Source: Octopus sinensis
Lineage: Eukaryota
NCBI RefSeq assembly: GCF_006345805.1
Contig: NC_042997.1
Span: 30,628,001-30,692,000 of the forward strand
Length of the DNA: 64,000 bases
Reading direction: 5' to 3'
Positions within the stretch are counted from its first letter, which is position 1. Every line of letters begins with the position of its first letter. The notes under the pieces were generated by a model. The model was not told the DNA's origin, searched no databases, and was given only the letters and a program-made list of their open reading frames with translations. Shown in pieces: positions 13,455-24,804 of this stretch. The translations under genes and the position numbers were made by a program.

Positions 13455-14680
13455 GCATGCACACACAAACACACATGCACCAGTATACATCCACCTGTAT
13501 ACAGACAAGCATGCACCTGAGTAGGCATACATGCATCTACATGCATACACACAAACACACATGCACCAGTATACATCCACCTGTATACAGACAAGCATGC
13601 ACCTGAGTAGGCATACATGCATTTACATGCATACACACAAACACACATGCACCAGTATACATCCACCTGTATACAGACAAGCATGCACCTGAGTAGGCAT
13701 ACATGCATCTACATGCATACACACAAACACACATGCACCAGTATACATCCACCTGTATACGACAAGCATGCACCTGAGTAGGCATACATGCATTACATGC
13801 ATACACACAAACACACATGCACCAGTATACATCCACCTGTATACAGACAAGCATGCACCTGAGTAGGCATACATGCATCTACATGCATACACACAAACAC
13901 ACATGCACCAGTATACATCCACCTGTATACAGACAAGCATGCACCTGAGTAGGCATACATGCATTTACATGCATACACACAAACACACATGCACCAGTAT
14001 ACATCCACCTGTATACAGACAAGCATGCACCTGAGTAGGCATACATGCATCTACATGCATACACACAAACACACATGCACCAGTATACATCCACCTGTAT
14101 ACAGACAAGCATGCACCTGAGTAGGCATACATGCATTTACATGCATACACACAAACACACATGCACCAGTATACATCCACCTGTATACAGACAAGCATGC
14201 ACCTGAGTAGGCATACATGCATCTACATGCATACACACAAACCACATGCACCAGTATACATCCACCTGTATACAGACAAGCATGCACCTGAGTAGGCATA
14301 CATGCATCTACATGCATACACACAAACACACATGCACCAGTATACATCCACCTGTATACAGACAAGCATGCACCTGAGTAGGCATACATGCATCTACATG
14401 CATACACACAAACACACATGCACCAGTATACATCCACCTGTATACAGACAAGCATGCACCTGAGTAGGCATACATGCATCTACATGCATACACACAACAC
14501 ACATGCACCAGTATACATCCACCTGTATACAGACAAGCATGCACCTGAGTAGGCATACATGCATCTACATGCATACACACAAACACACATGCACCAGTAT
14601 ACATCCACCTGTATACAGACAAGCATGCACCTGAGTAGGCATACATGCATCTACATGCATACACACAAACACATACACCA
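13455..14680. repeat. 86-bp minisatellite, about 14 copies
   Basis: Unit atgcatacacacaaacacacatgcaccagtatacatccacctgtatacagacaagcatgcacctgagtaggcatacatgcatYtac; 86-nt spacing also visible in the ORF track. Confidence 0.95.
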
Positions 14681-14887
14681 GCATAAATGCAAATGCACAC
14701 ATACATGTGTCCTTATGCACACAAACACACATGCATTAACATACAGGCATACATGCCCCTGCATACACACAAATGCATATAACATATCAATTATAGCTCT
14801 CATCATTTCACTATTTCTTTTTTTAATTTCCATCACCAGGAATAACAAATGACTGTAACAGTGACAACCATTGCAATAACAAATACC

Positions 14888-15120
14888 TATTTCTTTACTG
14901 CCCACAAGGGGCTAAACATAGAGAGGACGAACAAGGACAGACAAACGGATTAAGTTGATTATATCGATCCCAGTGCGTAACTGGTACTTATTTAATCGAC
15001 CCCGAAAGGATGAAAGGCAAAGTCGAACTCGGCAGAATTTGAACTCAGAACGTAACGGCAGACAAAATACCGCTAAGCATTTCGCCCGGCGCGCAAACGT
15101 TTCTGCCAGCTCGCCGCCTT
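14888..15120 (-). mobile_element. SINE family B
   Basis: 17-bp TSD TTGCAATAACAAATACC at 14871-14887 and 15121-15137. Confidence 0.88.
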
Positions 15121-15593
15121 TTGCAATAACAAATACCACTACAACAAAGATTATGAAGAGGACAACCAGAAGGCTGACAACAAAGCCAAGAGTCAAATAA
15201 GATGGCAAAAAAAAAAACACAACAATAGTATAATCTGCGCGTTTATAGAACATTCCGTTGAAGGATATTGTAGCAGCCTTAAACACTGTCAATACATTTC
15301 TTCAACACTTCACTAAAAAGGTTCAATAAGATCGAAACATGTCTACTTCTCTCTTAAGTTGGATTTAAAGGCCAGTCTGCTCCATCTACATTGCCTATAT
15401 CTGCAAAGTTGCATGACCTAAAGTTATTGGAGTTACCTCCCTTTGTATGTCTTGTTTTCTTTTTCAGATCAAACCTTCTGAGAGATACATTATGTGTACT
15501 AAATGCATGAGTAAATCCACTACATTACACATATGAGACGTTGTTTGTAGTAGGCTAACATTTTCAAGAAGAAAAAAAATCAAATGAAATTCG

Positions 15594-16110
15594 AAGACTG
15601 GCATCCGTGCTAGCAGGGTGCAAAGAGCACCATACGAGTGCTAACTGGCTAACCGGCTTCCGTGCCAGTGGCACATAAAAGGCACCATTCGATCGTTACC
15701 AGCGTCACCTTACTGGCACTTGAGCCCCGTGCTAGTAGGGTGCTAAAAGCACCATCCAAGCATAATCGTTGCCAGAGCGGCTAAGTGGCTTCCATGCAGG
15801 TGACACGTAAAAGGCACCATTCGAGCGTGATCATTACCAGCATTGCCATACTGGCACCTGTGCCAGTGGCATGTGTAAAAAGATTCGAGTGAGGTCGTTG
15901 CTAGTACCGCCTGACTGGCCCTCGTGCCAGTGGCACATAAAAAGCACCCACTACACTCTCAGAGTGGTTGGTGTTAGGAAGGGCATCCAGCTGTAGAAAC
16001 TCTGCCAGATCAAGATTGAAGCATGGTGCAGCCATCTGGTTTGCCAGCCCTCAGTCAAATCGTCCAACTCATGCTAGCATGGAAAGCGGACGTTAAACGA
16101 TGATGATGAT
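15594..16110 (+). mobile_element. (TGA)n-tailed dispersed repeat family D (probable SINE or non-autonomous LINE derivative) with internal tandem units
   Basis: Shared 3' end GAGTGGTTGGCGTTAGGAAGGGCATCCAGCTGTAGAAAC...GCGGACGTTAAACGATGATG; other copies near 6190, 16900, 21835, 33480, 50570 and 62900 (+), and 4220, 41310, 41790, 44221, 48960 and 63925 (-). Confidence 0.7.
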
Positions 16111-16142
16111 GAAAAAGAAACAGTTGTTAAACAATTACTCAC

Positions 16143-16278
16143 TTGTCATTTTTTATGTGTTCATAGAGTCTTTTGAACTGGCGTGCTTGAAATATGCTGG
16201 CTACTGTCATTACAATCATTGCCAGTAGCATCGGGTAGATTCTTCGCAAAACAATATTCTGGACAGTGGGATTAAAAC
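16143..16278 (-). CDS. MARCHF6: MARCHF6 exon 20: (G)FNPTVQNIVLRRIYPMLLAMIVMTVASIFQARQFKRLYEHIKND(K)
   Basis: actacag / gtgagt, 136 nt; RQFKRLYEHIKNDK motif. Confidence 0.95.
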
Positions 16279-17164
16279 CTGTAGTAAAACAATAAATAAA
16301 AAAAAAGGCAAACAGATTTAACAAAGAGCAAAGTCTTCAGCAGGTTCATTCAAGCAGAAAAACTCAGTTTAGTTTATTCCAACATCAGTTTCAGTGTAAC
16401 CGTTGTGGATTTGACTATGTTTTAAGTCAGTGATCATACAGAAGTTATAATTTCATAATCAATGATACTGACAAGTGATTCAGTGTCATATATTTACCTC
16501 TGCCCTACTCACTCATCCCACATAAGCTGTTTGAATCAAGTTGTTACAGCTCACATGTTGCAAGATGTTCATGATACATTTTAACAACTTGCAATAATAA
16601 TTCAACATTTAAGAAAAACAAAAGCAAACTTTCACAAAGATCTGCTTCACTTGATTAACTCTTAGATTTTGGAGTGTTTCTTAGGTGCACCAAAGAAATA
16701 CTTCTGTGACTCAATCAAGATGACCACACCATTGAGAAAATGCCATAGAAACTGGTTGTTGAAGGTCTAGTTTGATACCAGCAGGCTGAAGGAAAAAAAG
16801 AGCCAAGTAGGAAAGAGATAATAGTAACTTCTTGGACAGGGATCATCTTCGTTGGTTCAAGGATGAGAAGGTACAGCCATGAAGAGTGGATGCATCACCA
16901 ACAATGTAATGTGGTTAGCATCAGGAAGGGTATCCAGCTGTAGAAACCAGGCCAAACCAGACACTGGAGCATAACAAATTCCTCTGACCTGTCAGACCCT
17001 GTCAAACCATCCAGCACATGCCAGCATGGAATATGATGATACTGATGAAGAGAATAACCTTGAAACTATCAAATTTGAAGTAATGCATCTTAATGTGATG
17101 CATAGAGAAAGTAGAAACACCATTACATTATGAATAAGCATAAAGATTTTAACTTTTTTTTTAC

Positions 17165-17297
17165 CTAGAGCAGGAACAATAGTTTTTCCAATAACATAAG
17201 GAACAGCCAGAGCCATTCCTAAAGTAGCAATAACAGGGGCACAAAGCTTGAAGAGAATAAACCGGACATTCATATTGCGGAAACCATCATTGTAAAC
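17165..17297 (-). CDS. MARCHF6: MARCHF6 exon 19: VYNDGFRNMNVRFILFKLCAPVIATLGMALAVPYVIGKTIVPAL(G)
   Basis: tttgtag / gtaaaa, 133 nt. Confidence 0.93.
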
Positions 17298-17903
17298 CTA
17301 CAAAGAAATATTAAAGAACAATTTATTTATTGGCATTTGCATGGTGCTTATATTAAATATTGGCTACTAAGAACTGGAAAATATAAAACAAGGTAAACAT
17401 ATAACATTGATGCTTTAGTATTCAGATTATTCTGTTAAATGTAATGCTTATTCAATCACATTGTTTTGAATTAATCTTGCATTATTTCAGAGCTTCAAGA
17501 TTTTGATGATGTTGTAGCTAGATGTGAGGGGGTCAGACCTGAGCAGTTGAACATAAAGAAGTTAGAATATTTTGACTGGTTTAAATGTTAAAGAGCTAGT
17601 AACAAGAATAAGATCATACAATATCACAGTAATAATTTCTTACACTGGCACAAGACCACAATTATTTAAATAGTTACTAATATTTGACTGGAATTTATTT
17701 TACTGACCTAAGAAGTCTGAAGGTCAACTTTGATATGATTGCCTTTAACCTTCTGAGGTTAATAATCATAGAGAAAAAAATTAGATATATGGAAAAAACA
17801 CTGTTGAAATAACTTCCCAGTGAGATAAGTCTCAGTAAAGACTGGTACATATAAATTTACATTTTTTACAGTAAAAAGTATTGATACTGTATTGAGAAAT
17901 GAT

Positions 17904-18344
17904 ATGATACCCTCAGAAATGATACCCTCAGCAGGGTATGAAAACCATTTCCCAAAAATGCGGAAACCAGGTCATGGCTCAGCAGGGTATGAAAACCATT
18001 TCCCAAAAATGCGGAACCCAGGTCATGGCTCAACAGTGAATGAAAATCATGCTACTCAATTGCATACATCAGCTGTAACAAACCCAAACTCGCAGAAATT
18101 CGATATAGTAATGAATGAAAGCAGTTTTTTAGGCATAATCTACCAACTACAACAACAGCTGTACTCCATACAGACGACTCAGCAAAACCAGGCAACATTG
18201 ATACAAAGGCTGACACCTGGACTTACAGGGCACGTACAACAAATACAGACAGCCCAGCAGACCGAATATCCAGTCAGCACAGTCCCAGCAACTACAACAG
18301 TCTTGCCAACAATAGGGCAGATGTATCCGGTACAACAAGCATAA
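17904..18344 (+). CDS. LINE ORF1 C-terminal remnant, Q/T-rich, with a 17-aa tandem repeat
   Basis: Open frame upstream of and overlapping ORF2, ending TAA TAA at 18342-18347; no recognisable domain. Confidence 0.55.
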   Translation: MIPSEMIPSAGYENHFPKMRKPGHGSAGYENHFPKMRNPGHGSTVNENHATQLHTSAVTNPNSQKFDIVMNESSFLGIIYQLQQQLYSIQTTQQNQATLIQRLTPGLTGHVQQIQTAQQTEYPVSTVPATTTVLPTIGQMYPVQQA

Positions 18345-21331
18345 TAACAGCAAATATCCAGGGTCTTTATCCGAAAACAAAACAGTGTAAAGTCCCTTTC
18401 TTGGAAGAATTAGCAACAGAAAACAACTCCAAAATAATTGGAATTACTGAAAGTCATCTCAACGAAAACATCCGCAACAGCGAAATCACAATCAATAGAT
18501 TCAACATCTTCAGATGTGATAGACAAGGCAGATCCCATGGGGGCGTTATCATGTATATCCATGATACCTATGCATGCATAGAACTTGTCAATGAATCAAA
18601 TGCCTACTGCAACCTGCTGTGCATAAAAATCATCCAACTTAATACAGTTGTAACAATAATGTACAGACCGCCAAACAGCCCAACATTATCCTTCACTGAG
18701 CCACTGACGAAGCTCCAACAAATTCTGGGAAACATGGCAAGTCCAATGCCAGACATTATCCTCCTTGGTGACTTCAACTTCCCTAACATCATCTGGCCAC
18801 ATGGACACATACTAAAACTGGGGACAAAAGCTGAACAAATACAGGCAGCCAAACTGTTGGAAGTCACAGAGAAATTATACCTCAAACAAATGATGACAGA
18901 AGCAACAAGAAATAATAATACGATCGACTTGGTTTTCACCAACAACGAGGACATGCTATTTGACCTTCACTCAACCCCAACAATCCTTTCAGACCACAAT
19001 ATTATTGAAATGCATTTACACATTGGTAATGAGCCCAATGCCACAACTCTTAAACAAAAGGACATGCCAAAGCTATGCAGGTATGATTATCACCAGGCAA
19101 ATTGGGAAACTATTAACAACCAGTTACAAATCATTGACTGGGATCTCTACCTTACTGGGCCAGATAAACACAAGAAATTCTTAAACAAGATCGAAGAAAT
19201 ATGTGAAAAAAATGTTCCTCTAAAGAAAACCAAGTCCACAAAAAAACCTGTACCACGGGAGCGAAAGATCCTGATGCGCAAAAGGTCAAGACTAAGAAAC
19301 AAAACATCTAAGCTGACATCAAAACATGAATTACAGAAAGTCCTTGACCAAATATACAGATTAGAAGACAATCTAAAACAACACTATGATGAAGAACGTA
19401 ACAATGCAGAAAAGAAAGCCATAGAAAACATCAAGAAAAATCCAAAATGTTTCTACAGTTTTGCAAAGAAATACTCGAACACCAAGTCAACAATAGGACC
19501 TCTCCAGAGACAAAATGGGGATGTAGTGAATAACCCTATTGAAATGGCAGAAATGTTGGGTCAACAGTATGAAAGTGTCTTCAGTGAGCCATCTAAAACC
19601 ATGAAGATCCATGACCCAGGAAAATTCTTCAAGGATATCGACCATACTAAACCTACCCTATCCGACATTGATTTCAACCCAGAAGACATAGCAAGAGCAA
19701 TAGACAAGCTCTCCATGCACTCGGCTGCGGGGCCTGACGGTTTCAATGCCATGATACTTAAAAACTGCAAGGCACAATTGTCGAAACCCCTTTACATGAT
19801 ATGGAGGGAATCTATGGAGAATGGCAAAATACCAAATACATATAAAGAAGCACACATAACTCCAATACATAAAGGGGATAGCAAATCAAAACCAAAGAAC
19901 TACCGACCAATCTCACTGACATCACACATTATCAAGGTCTTCGAAAGAATAGTTCGTGGAAAACTGGTTGAGTTCCTGGAATCCAACAATCTGATGAATT
20001 GCAACCAGCATGGATTCAGGTTAGGTAGATCATGCCTTTCCCAACTACTGGCACACCATGACCAAATCCTAGAAAATCTAGAGAATGGATACAACACAGA
20101 TGTTATCTACCTCGACTTTGCCAAGGCATTTGACAAGGTAGATCATGGCATCCTGGGTCACAAACTTCGAAAGCTAGGAGTAGGAGGAAAAGTTGGTACA
20201 TGGATACACGAGTTCCTTACAAATAGAACTCAAACAGTCACTGTGAATGGAACCCATTCAACACCATCACCTGTGACCAGCAGTGTTCCTCAGGGTACAG
20301 TACTCGGCCCAATCCTGTTTCTCATCCTCATCTCTGACATAGATGAAGATACAACCAGCAACGTCTCATCCTTTGCTGATGACACCAGGGTCATGAGACA
20401 AATCAAAGACGAGGTGGATACAGAGGCCTTACAAAAGGACCTGACCACCATATATAAATGGCAGGAAACAAACAACATGTTGTTCAATGATAAGAAGTTT
20501 GAACTAATTCGCTACGGAACAGATCAAGATCTGAAAAATACAACAAACTACAGAAACCCATCAGGACAACAAATAATGGAAAAACAGTATGTGAAAGATT
20601 TAGGCATCCACATGGGAACCAACCTAAAATTCAGAGAACACCTTGACTCAGTCTGTCTTACTGCAAGAAAGTACAGCGGGTGGATCTTGCGCACCTTCAA
20701 ATCAAGAGATACCTCAACAATGAAAACCCTCTGGAACAGTATGATACTTCCGAGGATTGACTACTGTTCTCAGTTGTGGTCACCAACAACAAAGGGCCAA
20801 CTATCTAAGATAGAATCGCTCCAAAGAAATTTTACCTCATACTTCTCAGAAACGAGGGACCTGGACTATTGGCAAAGACTCAAAACCTTGAGGATGTACT
20901 CAATAGAAAGAAGATTTGAGCGATACCGAATTATATACATTTGGAAAATGATAGAGCAGAAGGTGCCAAACTTTGGTATCAAAACCTACCACTCACTGCG
21001 CCACGGAAGACGCTGCCAGCTGCCACCAATCAACAAAAAGGCTGGCCAGGCAGCAAAAACCCTGCGAGAATCAAGTCTGTTGGTTCGAGGAGCACAACTG
21101 TTCAACTCCATTCCGGTACATGTCAGAAATCTATCAGGATGCAGTGTGGAATCATTCAAATTGCAACTGGATAGATACTTAAGCACCATTAGAGATGAAC
21201 CCCATCTCCCAGGATATACACAACGAGCACAAACTGACTCAAACTCGCTCCTACACATGTCAAATTTAAGCAGAGAATACAACCTGGCAACCACACCAGA
21301 CTCTGAGGGTGGAGTTTTCGACTTGGCCTGA
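18119..21331 (+). CDS. LINE ORF2: apurinic-like endonuclease plus reverse transcriptase
   Basis: Frame open from 18119 (after TGA 18116-18118) to 21331; EN motifs TANIQGL, ITESHL, GDFNFP, IDLVF, SDHN; RT motifs YLDFAKAFDKV, VPQGTVLGP, FADD. The track's TTG start at 18401 lies inside the EN domain. Confidence 0.92.
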   Translation, partial: KQFFRHNLPTTTTAVLHTDDSAKPGNIDTKADTWTYRARTTNTDSPADRISSQHSPSNYNSLANNRADVSGTTSIITANIQGLYPKTKQCKVPFLEELATENNSKIIGITESHLNENIRNSEITINRFNIFRCDRQGRSHGGVIMYIHDTYACIELVNESNAYCNLLCIKIIQLNTVVTIMYRPPNSPTLSFTEPLTKLQQILGNMASPMPDIILLGDFNFPNIIWPHGHILKLGTKAEQIQAAKLLEVTEKLYLKQMMTEATRNNNTIDLVFTNNEDMLFDLHSTPTILSDHNIIEMHLHIGNEPNATTLKQKDMPKLCRYDYHQANWETINNQLQIIDWDLYLTGPDKHKKFLNKIEEICEKNVPLKKTKSTKKPVPRERKILMRKRSRLRNKTSKLTSKHELQKVLDQIYRLEDNLKQHYDEERNNAEKKAIENIKKNPKCFYSFAKKYSNTKSTIGPLQRQNGDVVNNPIEMAEMLGQQYESVFSEPSKTMKIHDPGKFFKDIDHTKPTLSDIDFNPEDIARAIDKLSMHSAAGPDGFNAMILKNCKAQLSKPLYMIWRESMENGKIPNTYKEAHITPIHKGDSKSKPKNYRPISLTSHIIKVFERIVRGKLVEFLESNNLMNCNQHGFRLGRSCLSQLLAHHDQILENLENGYNTDVIYLDFAKAFDKVDHGILGHKLRKLGVGGKVGTWIHEFLTNRTQTVTVNGTHSTPSPVTSSVPQGTVLGPILFLILISDIDEDTTSNVSSFADDTRVMRQIKDEVDTEALQKDLTTIYKWQETNNMLFNDKKFELIRYGTDQDLKNTTNYRNPSGQQIMEKQYVKDLGIHMGTNLKFREHLDSVCLTARKYSGWILRTFKSRDTSTMKTLWNSMILPRIDYCSQLWSPTTKGQLSKIESLQRNFTSYFSETRDLDYWQRLKTLRMYSIERRFERYRIIYIWKMIEQKVPNFGIKTYHSLRHGRRCQLPPINKKAGQAAKTLRESSLLVRGAQLFNSIPVHVRNLSGCSVESFKLQLDRYLSTIRDEPHLPGYTQRAQTDSNSLLHMSNLSREYNLATTPDSEGGVFDLA

Positions 21332-22716
21332 GCATGGACTCAAACCCAAATGAAATGAAATGAAATGAAATGAGAAAGGAAGGAATATATATATATGAAT
21401 GTGAACAGAAATACATCAGGACCCTACTTGGTACAGGTCTGAATAAGATATGATTTAATCCAAGAAACCAATGTAGTTTCACTTCAAAAGCTTTTAACAC
21501 ACTGTACTTAATGCTATGTCCATCTGATCCAGTATCTTAATCCATGCACCAGTCCTTAAAAGGACCTTGAAACTTCAGTGACATTTACACTTCTTTTATT
21601 GAAGAAACACATGTATGAATCTGAAAATTATATTTGCAAATTGTTTGTCTAAATATGTATATCTGCCTTGGAAATATTTAGGTCTCTTCTACTACAGAGA
21701 CTAATTCATAAATATATAACATACTAATGTGTATTATACACATATCTATTGTCTTGAAAACCCATAACACAATATAAAATAATAAGAATAGATGATCTGC
21801 TATAAACCAAATGTACAAAATATGTTGATGTGTTCGGAAGGGCATTGGCGTTAGGAAGGGCATCCAGCCGTAGAAACATTGCTAGATCAGACTGGGCCTG
21901 GTGCAGCAATCTGGCTTCCCAGACCGCAGTTGAACCGTCCAACCCATGCTAGCATGGAAAGCGGACGCTAAACGATGATGATGATGTAATAAAAATATTA
22001 ATAATCTAAAAGTTGCAGTTTTATTACATTATGGCATTTGTTTTAATAAAGGGGGATGGAGAAAAACATTCCAGTAAATACTATATATTATATATTAATT
22101 TTAATCTTGATTTTGGTGAGACAATAAAAAAAGCTTGTATTTATAACATGAGTTTTTGAAACAATTTAAATTCTTTAAAGAAACTTTCATGAAAAGTGAA
22201 TTACCTCCCTTATATTTGTTTTAGCAGTTACACAAAGGAAGACACTCGTTAAGGTTACCTATTTCGATTGAAAATCTGTCTACAGATTTTCAATAGAAAT
22301 TATAACCAGCACTGATTTGTTACGACGTTTCGTATCCGAATACATCTAATGTAAATATCAATGTGATGAAAGATGGAAAAATGGATACAAAATGGGTGTA
22401 TATGTCATATTTCAAGAGTTTTTGCTCCTTCATCAGCACCACGCCTAACCCATAAACCATACATGAATTCATTGGCTAAATAGTCACTAAATCTGTAGAG
22501 ATACTCATAATAACCGATTTAATAGCACTTCTAACACAGTAGAATGTAATACTGACTTATAATGCATTTAATATACTTTATAGTATATTATGGCTGCATA
22601 ACAAGATACCACGTGCCAACAAGACAGCAAAAGAAGGAAGGTGGTGTATAATATTACTAGATCTTTGATTTGTATGAGAAAGATGTCTTGAATTACTTTT
22701 GCGCATGTAACATTAA

Positions 22717-23803
22717 CCCTTTCGTTACTATATTTCTGACCAAAATACACCCCTTATGTGTTTCAATTAATTTCTAACATAAACATAAATTTAGTCTGGT
22801 TTCATTAAACAACTATAACTTTTTTATTTATCAATATATTAATGTGATTTTTGGAAGATAATTTAATGAAATGTTCTCAGTCAATTCTATACTATAATTT
22901 TTGTCACAAAGTGACTCTAATTGCAGGTAGATACAGGTAAATTCAACAAAATATAAAATTATTAAAATTTTGTTCAAACATCGCTATAGAAAAGGGGTTA
23001 TTAGCTAATATTCAATTGGGTATACAACAAAATTTTACGATAGAATTTGTTATTCTGGGTAACTTTCTGATACCCATAATAATATTTATGGCAAAATAGT
23101 CTTAATTTCATTTAAGGTTGTGGGAAACCACTAACTATCCTTTCTTTCGCTTTGTTTACATTTAGCGTAACGGTTTGTTTCCGCCGTAATGATTTCAAAT
23201 AGGCTCATTCGAAAAAGTAAAAAGAAATAGTCTAAGACTTTACTCTTCTGGGAAAGTCTGTGGCTTGGTCCACTTTCTTCAGAAAAATCACTGAAAGAAA
23301 CAGTTTTTAAATTTTCACTCCATTCAGGTGCCAATTCATTTTCTTTATTGCTGTCGGAGCTCTCGGATTCACTGTTTTCACTTTCGGAAAATGAAACATC
23401 AGATTCATTATCAAATACCACGTGCTTTTTTTTTTCAGTCATAGAGTTAGATTTATCAAGATCTTCAGTAGAAAATCCCTTGAATTCTGACTCGCTGCTT
23501 GATATAATGAAATTCGTATCCACTTTTTGTCAGAATTACAAATTTTGAAAACACAATAGGAACAAATTTCGGAAAAAAATCTCCCAAAATTCACGGAATT
23601 AAAATTACACTTCGATTGTTGTACAAAACTGTAGATGAACTGTTTACAAAGTATAATCACGTGTTTTCACGAATGTACTAAAGAGATTTGCTCTGATATT
23701 CTCATTTAAATATGAATAGGTAAATACGGGCGAGTTTGGGCGGTTTGGTCACATTAACCAAAATTTTTTTCAGGCGGCTTTGGGCGGTTTGGTAACGAAA
23801 GGG
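22717..23803 (-). mobile_element. Internally deleted piggyBac DNA transposon
   Basis: TTAA TSDs (22713-22716, 23804-23807); TIR CCCTTTCGTTAC; subterminal TTTGGGCGGTTTGG repeats; transposase N-terminal fragment. Confidence 0.88.
23131..23523 (-). pseudogene. Truncated piggyBac transposase, N-terminal part
   Basis: Acidic Ser-rich N-terminus followed by GP...VLDYFFLLF...IITAETNRYA, the start of the DDE_Tnp_1_7-type region; no catalytic core. Confidence 0.78.
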
Positions 23804-24430
23804 TTAAAGATGTAAAATCATTATAATACCATCTTTTGGGTTACATTTTCATTGCAGGAGGATGATTTATTTATAATTCAAAACATCCCTATGACAAACT
23901 GGGTAAAACAGGAATAAGATGTAGTGTGCAGGAGAGATCTGTTGGCATAAATGTGTAATGCATAGAAATGATGACAAAACTGGTAAAGAAGTACTGGGAA
24001 ATCCAGGTGGAAAGAACCAGTGGAAGGCATGAGTAGAAATGCACTCAAAATGCTGAACTTCAAAAACAGTAAGAAGTGACAGGACACTGTGTTGGAAAGA
24101 ATTCCTCTAACTCATGCAAGCATAGAAAATCAGGTATGAAAGTGGTGGAGGAGGAAAATACTACAAGGAATTCTATCAGGTGATCTACTAATTCTTCTAC
24201 CCTTTTGATACCAACCCACCTGAAGCTGCTCCAGGTTCTATGATACAAACCTCTGGTTCTAAAGCTAAAATCTTCCACCAAAAACTAAGGTTTAATTTAT
24301 GTTCCAAATACAGTTTAATAACAACAGTTATTTGAGTAAATTTTTCATTATTTTTAAAAATTAGCTGAAACAAAGTACATTTTAACAGAAATATGGTAAC
24401 GAATGGGTTAAGTTGATTTTTGATCTTTAA

Positions 24431-24649
24431 CCCTTTAGTATTTAAACCGGCCATATCCGGCCAAAATAACTAATCTGTTTTATGTTCAAACTGACCAGAT
24501 CCAGGCTCTCACACCTACCCTACAATGTTATTCTACATTAAGTAATTACACCATCAAGATCTTGAAGATATGAGATAATGCATGATTAATTCAAATCAAT
24601 ATGAATCAATAAGCATTATGTTTGATAGAATAATCTGAACACTAAAGGG
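24431..24649. mobile_element. piggyBac-type MITE
   Basis: TTAA|CCCTTTAG ... CTAAAGGG|TTAA. Confidence 0.8.
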
Positions 24650-24714
24650 TTAACTACGGTAATATTTCTATCATAGCTCAAGACCACAAGGTGGGGCTTC
24701 CTAACATGACTTAC

Positions 24715-24804
24715 CTGCTCAATAGCTCGTTTTAACCACCAATGAGGACCCATCATTGTAATGGCGCACACTATTTTGGCATGGAGAACTCCAAGAGCCC
24801 AATC
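24715..24804 (-). CDS. MARCHF6: MARCHF6 exon 18: DWALGVLHAKIVCAITMMGPHWWLKRAIEQ
   Basis: tttccag / gtaagt, 90 nt. Confidence 0.95.

Larger units (their letters stand above)
17900..21370 (+). mobile_element. CR1-group non-LTR retrotransposon (LINE), probably 5'-truncated, antisense in MARCHF6 intron 18
   Basis: ORF1 remnant, APE-RT ORF2, (AAATG)n tail at about 21346-21370; candidate 7-bp TSD TGAGAAA at 17893-17899 and 21371-21377. Confidence 0.92.

Noticed and set aside
13293-14852. Many MHVCLLRC.../Cys-rich ORFs; CRISPR-like regularity
   Set aside because: Translations of the minisatellite and CA repeats; units are contiguous with no unique spacers, and the DNA is eukaryotic
18147-21500. 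Several short minus-strand and alternative-frame ORFs within the LINE
   Set aside because: Shadows of ORF2 codon usage; no motifs
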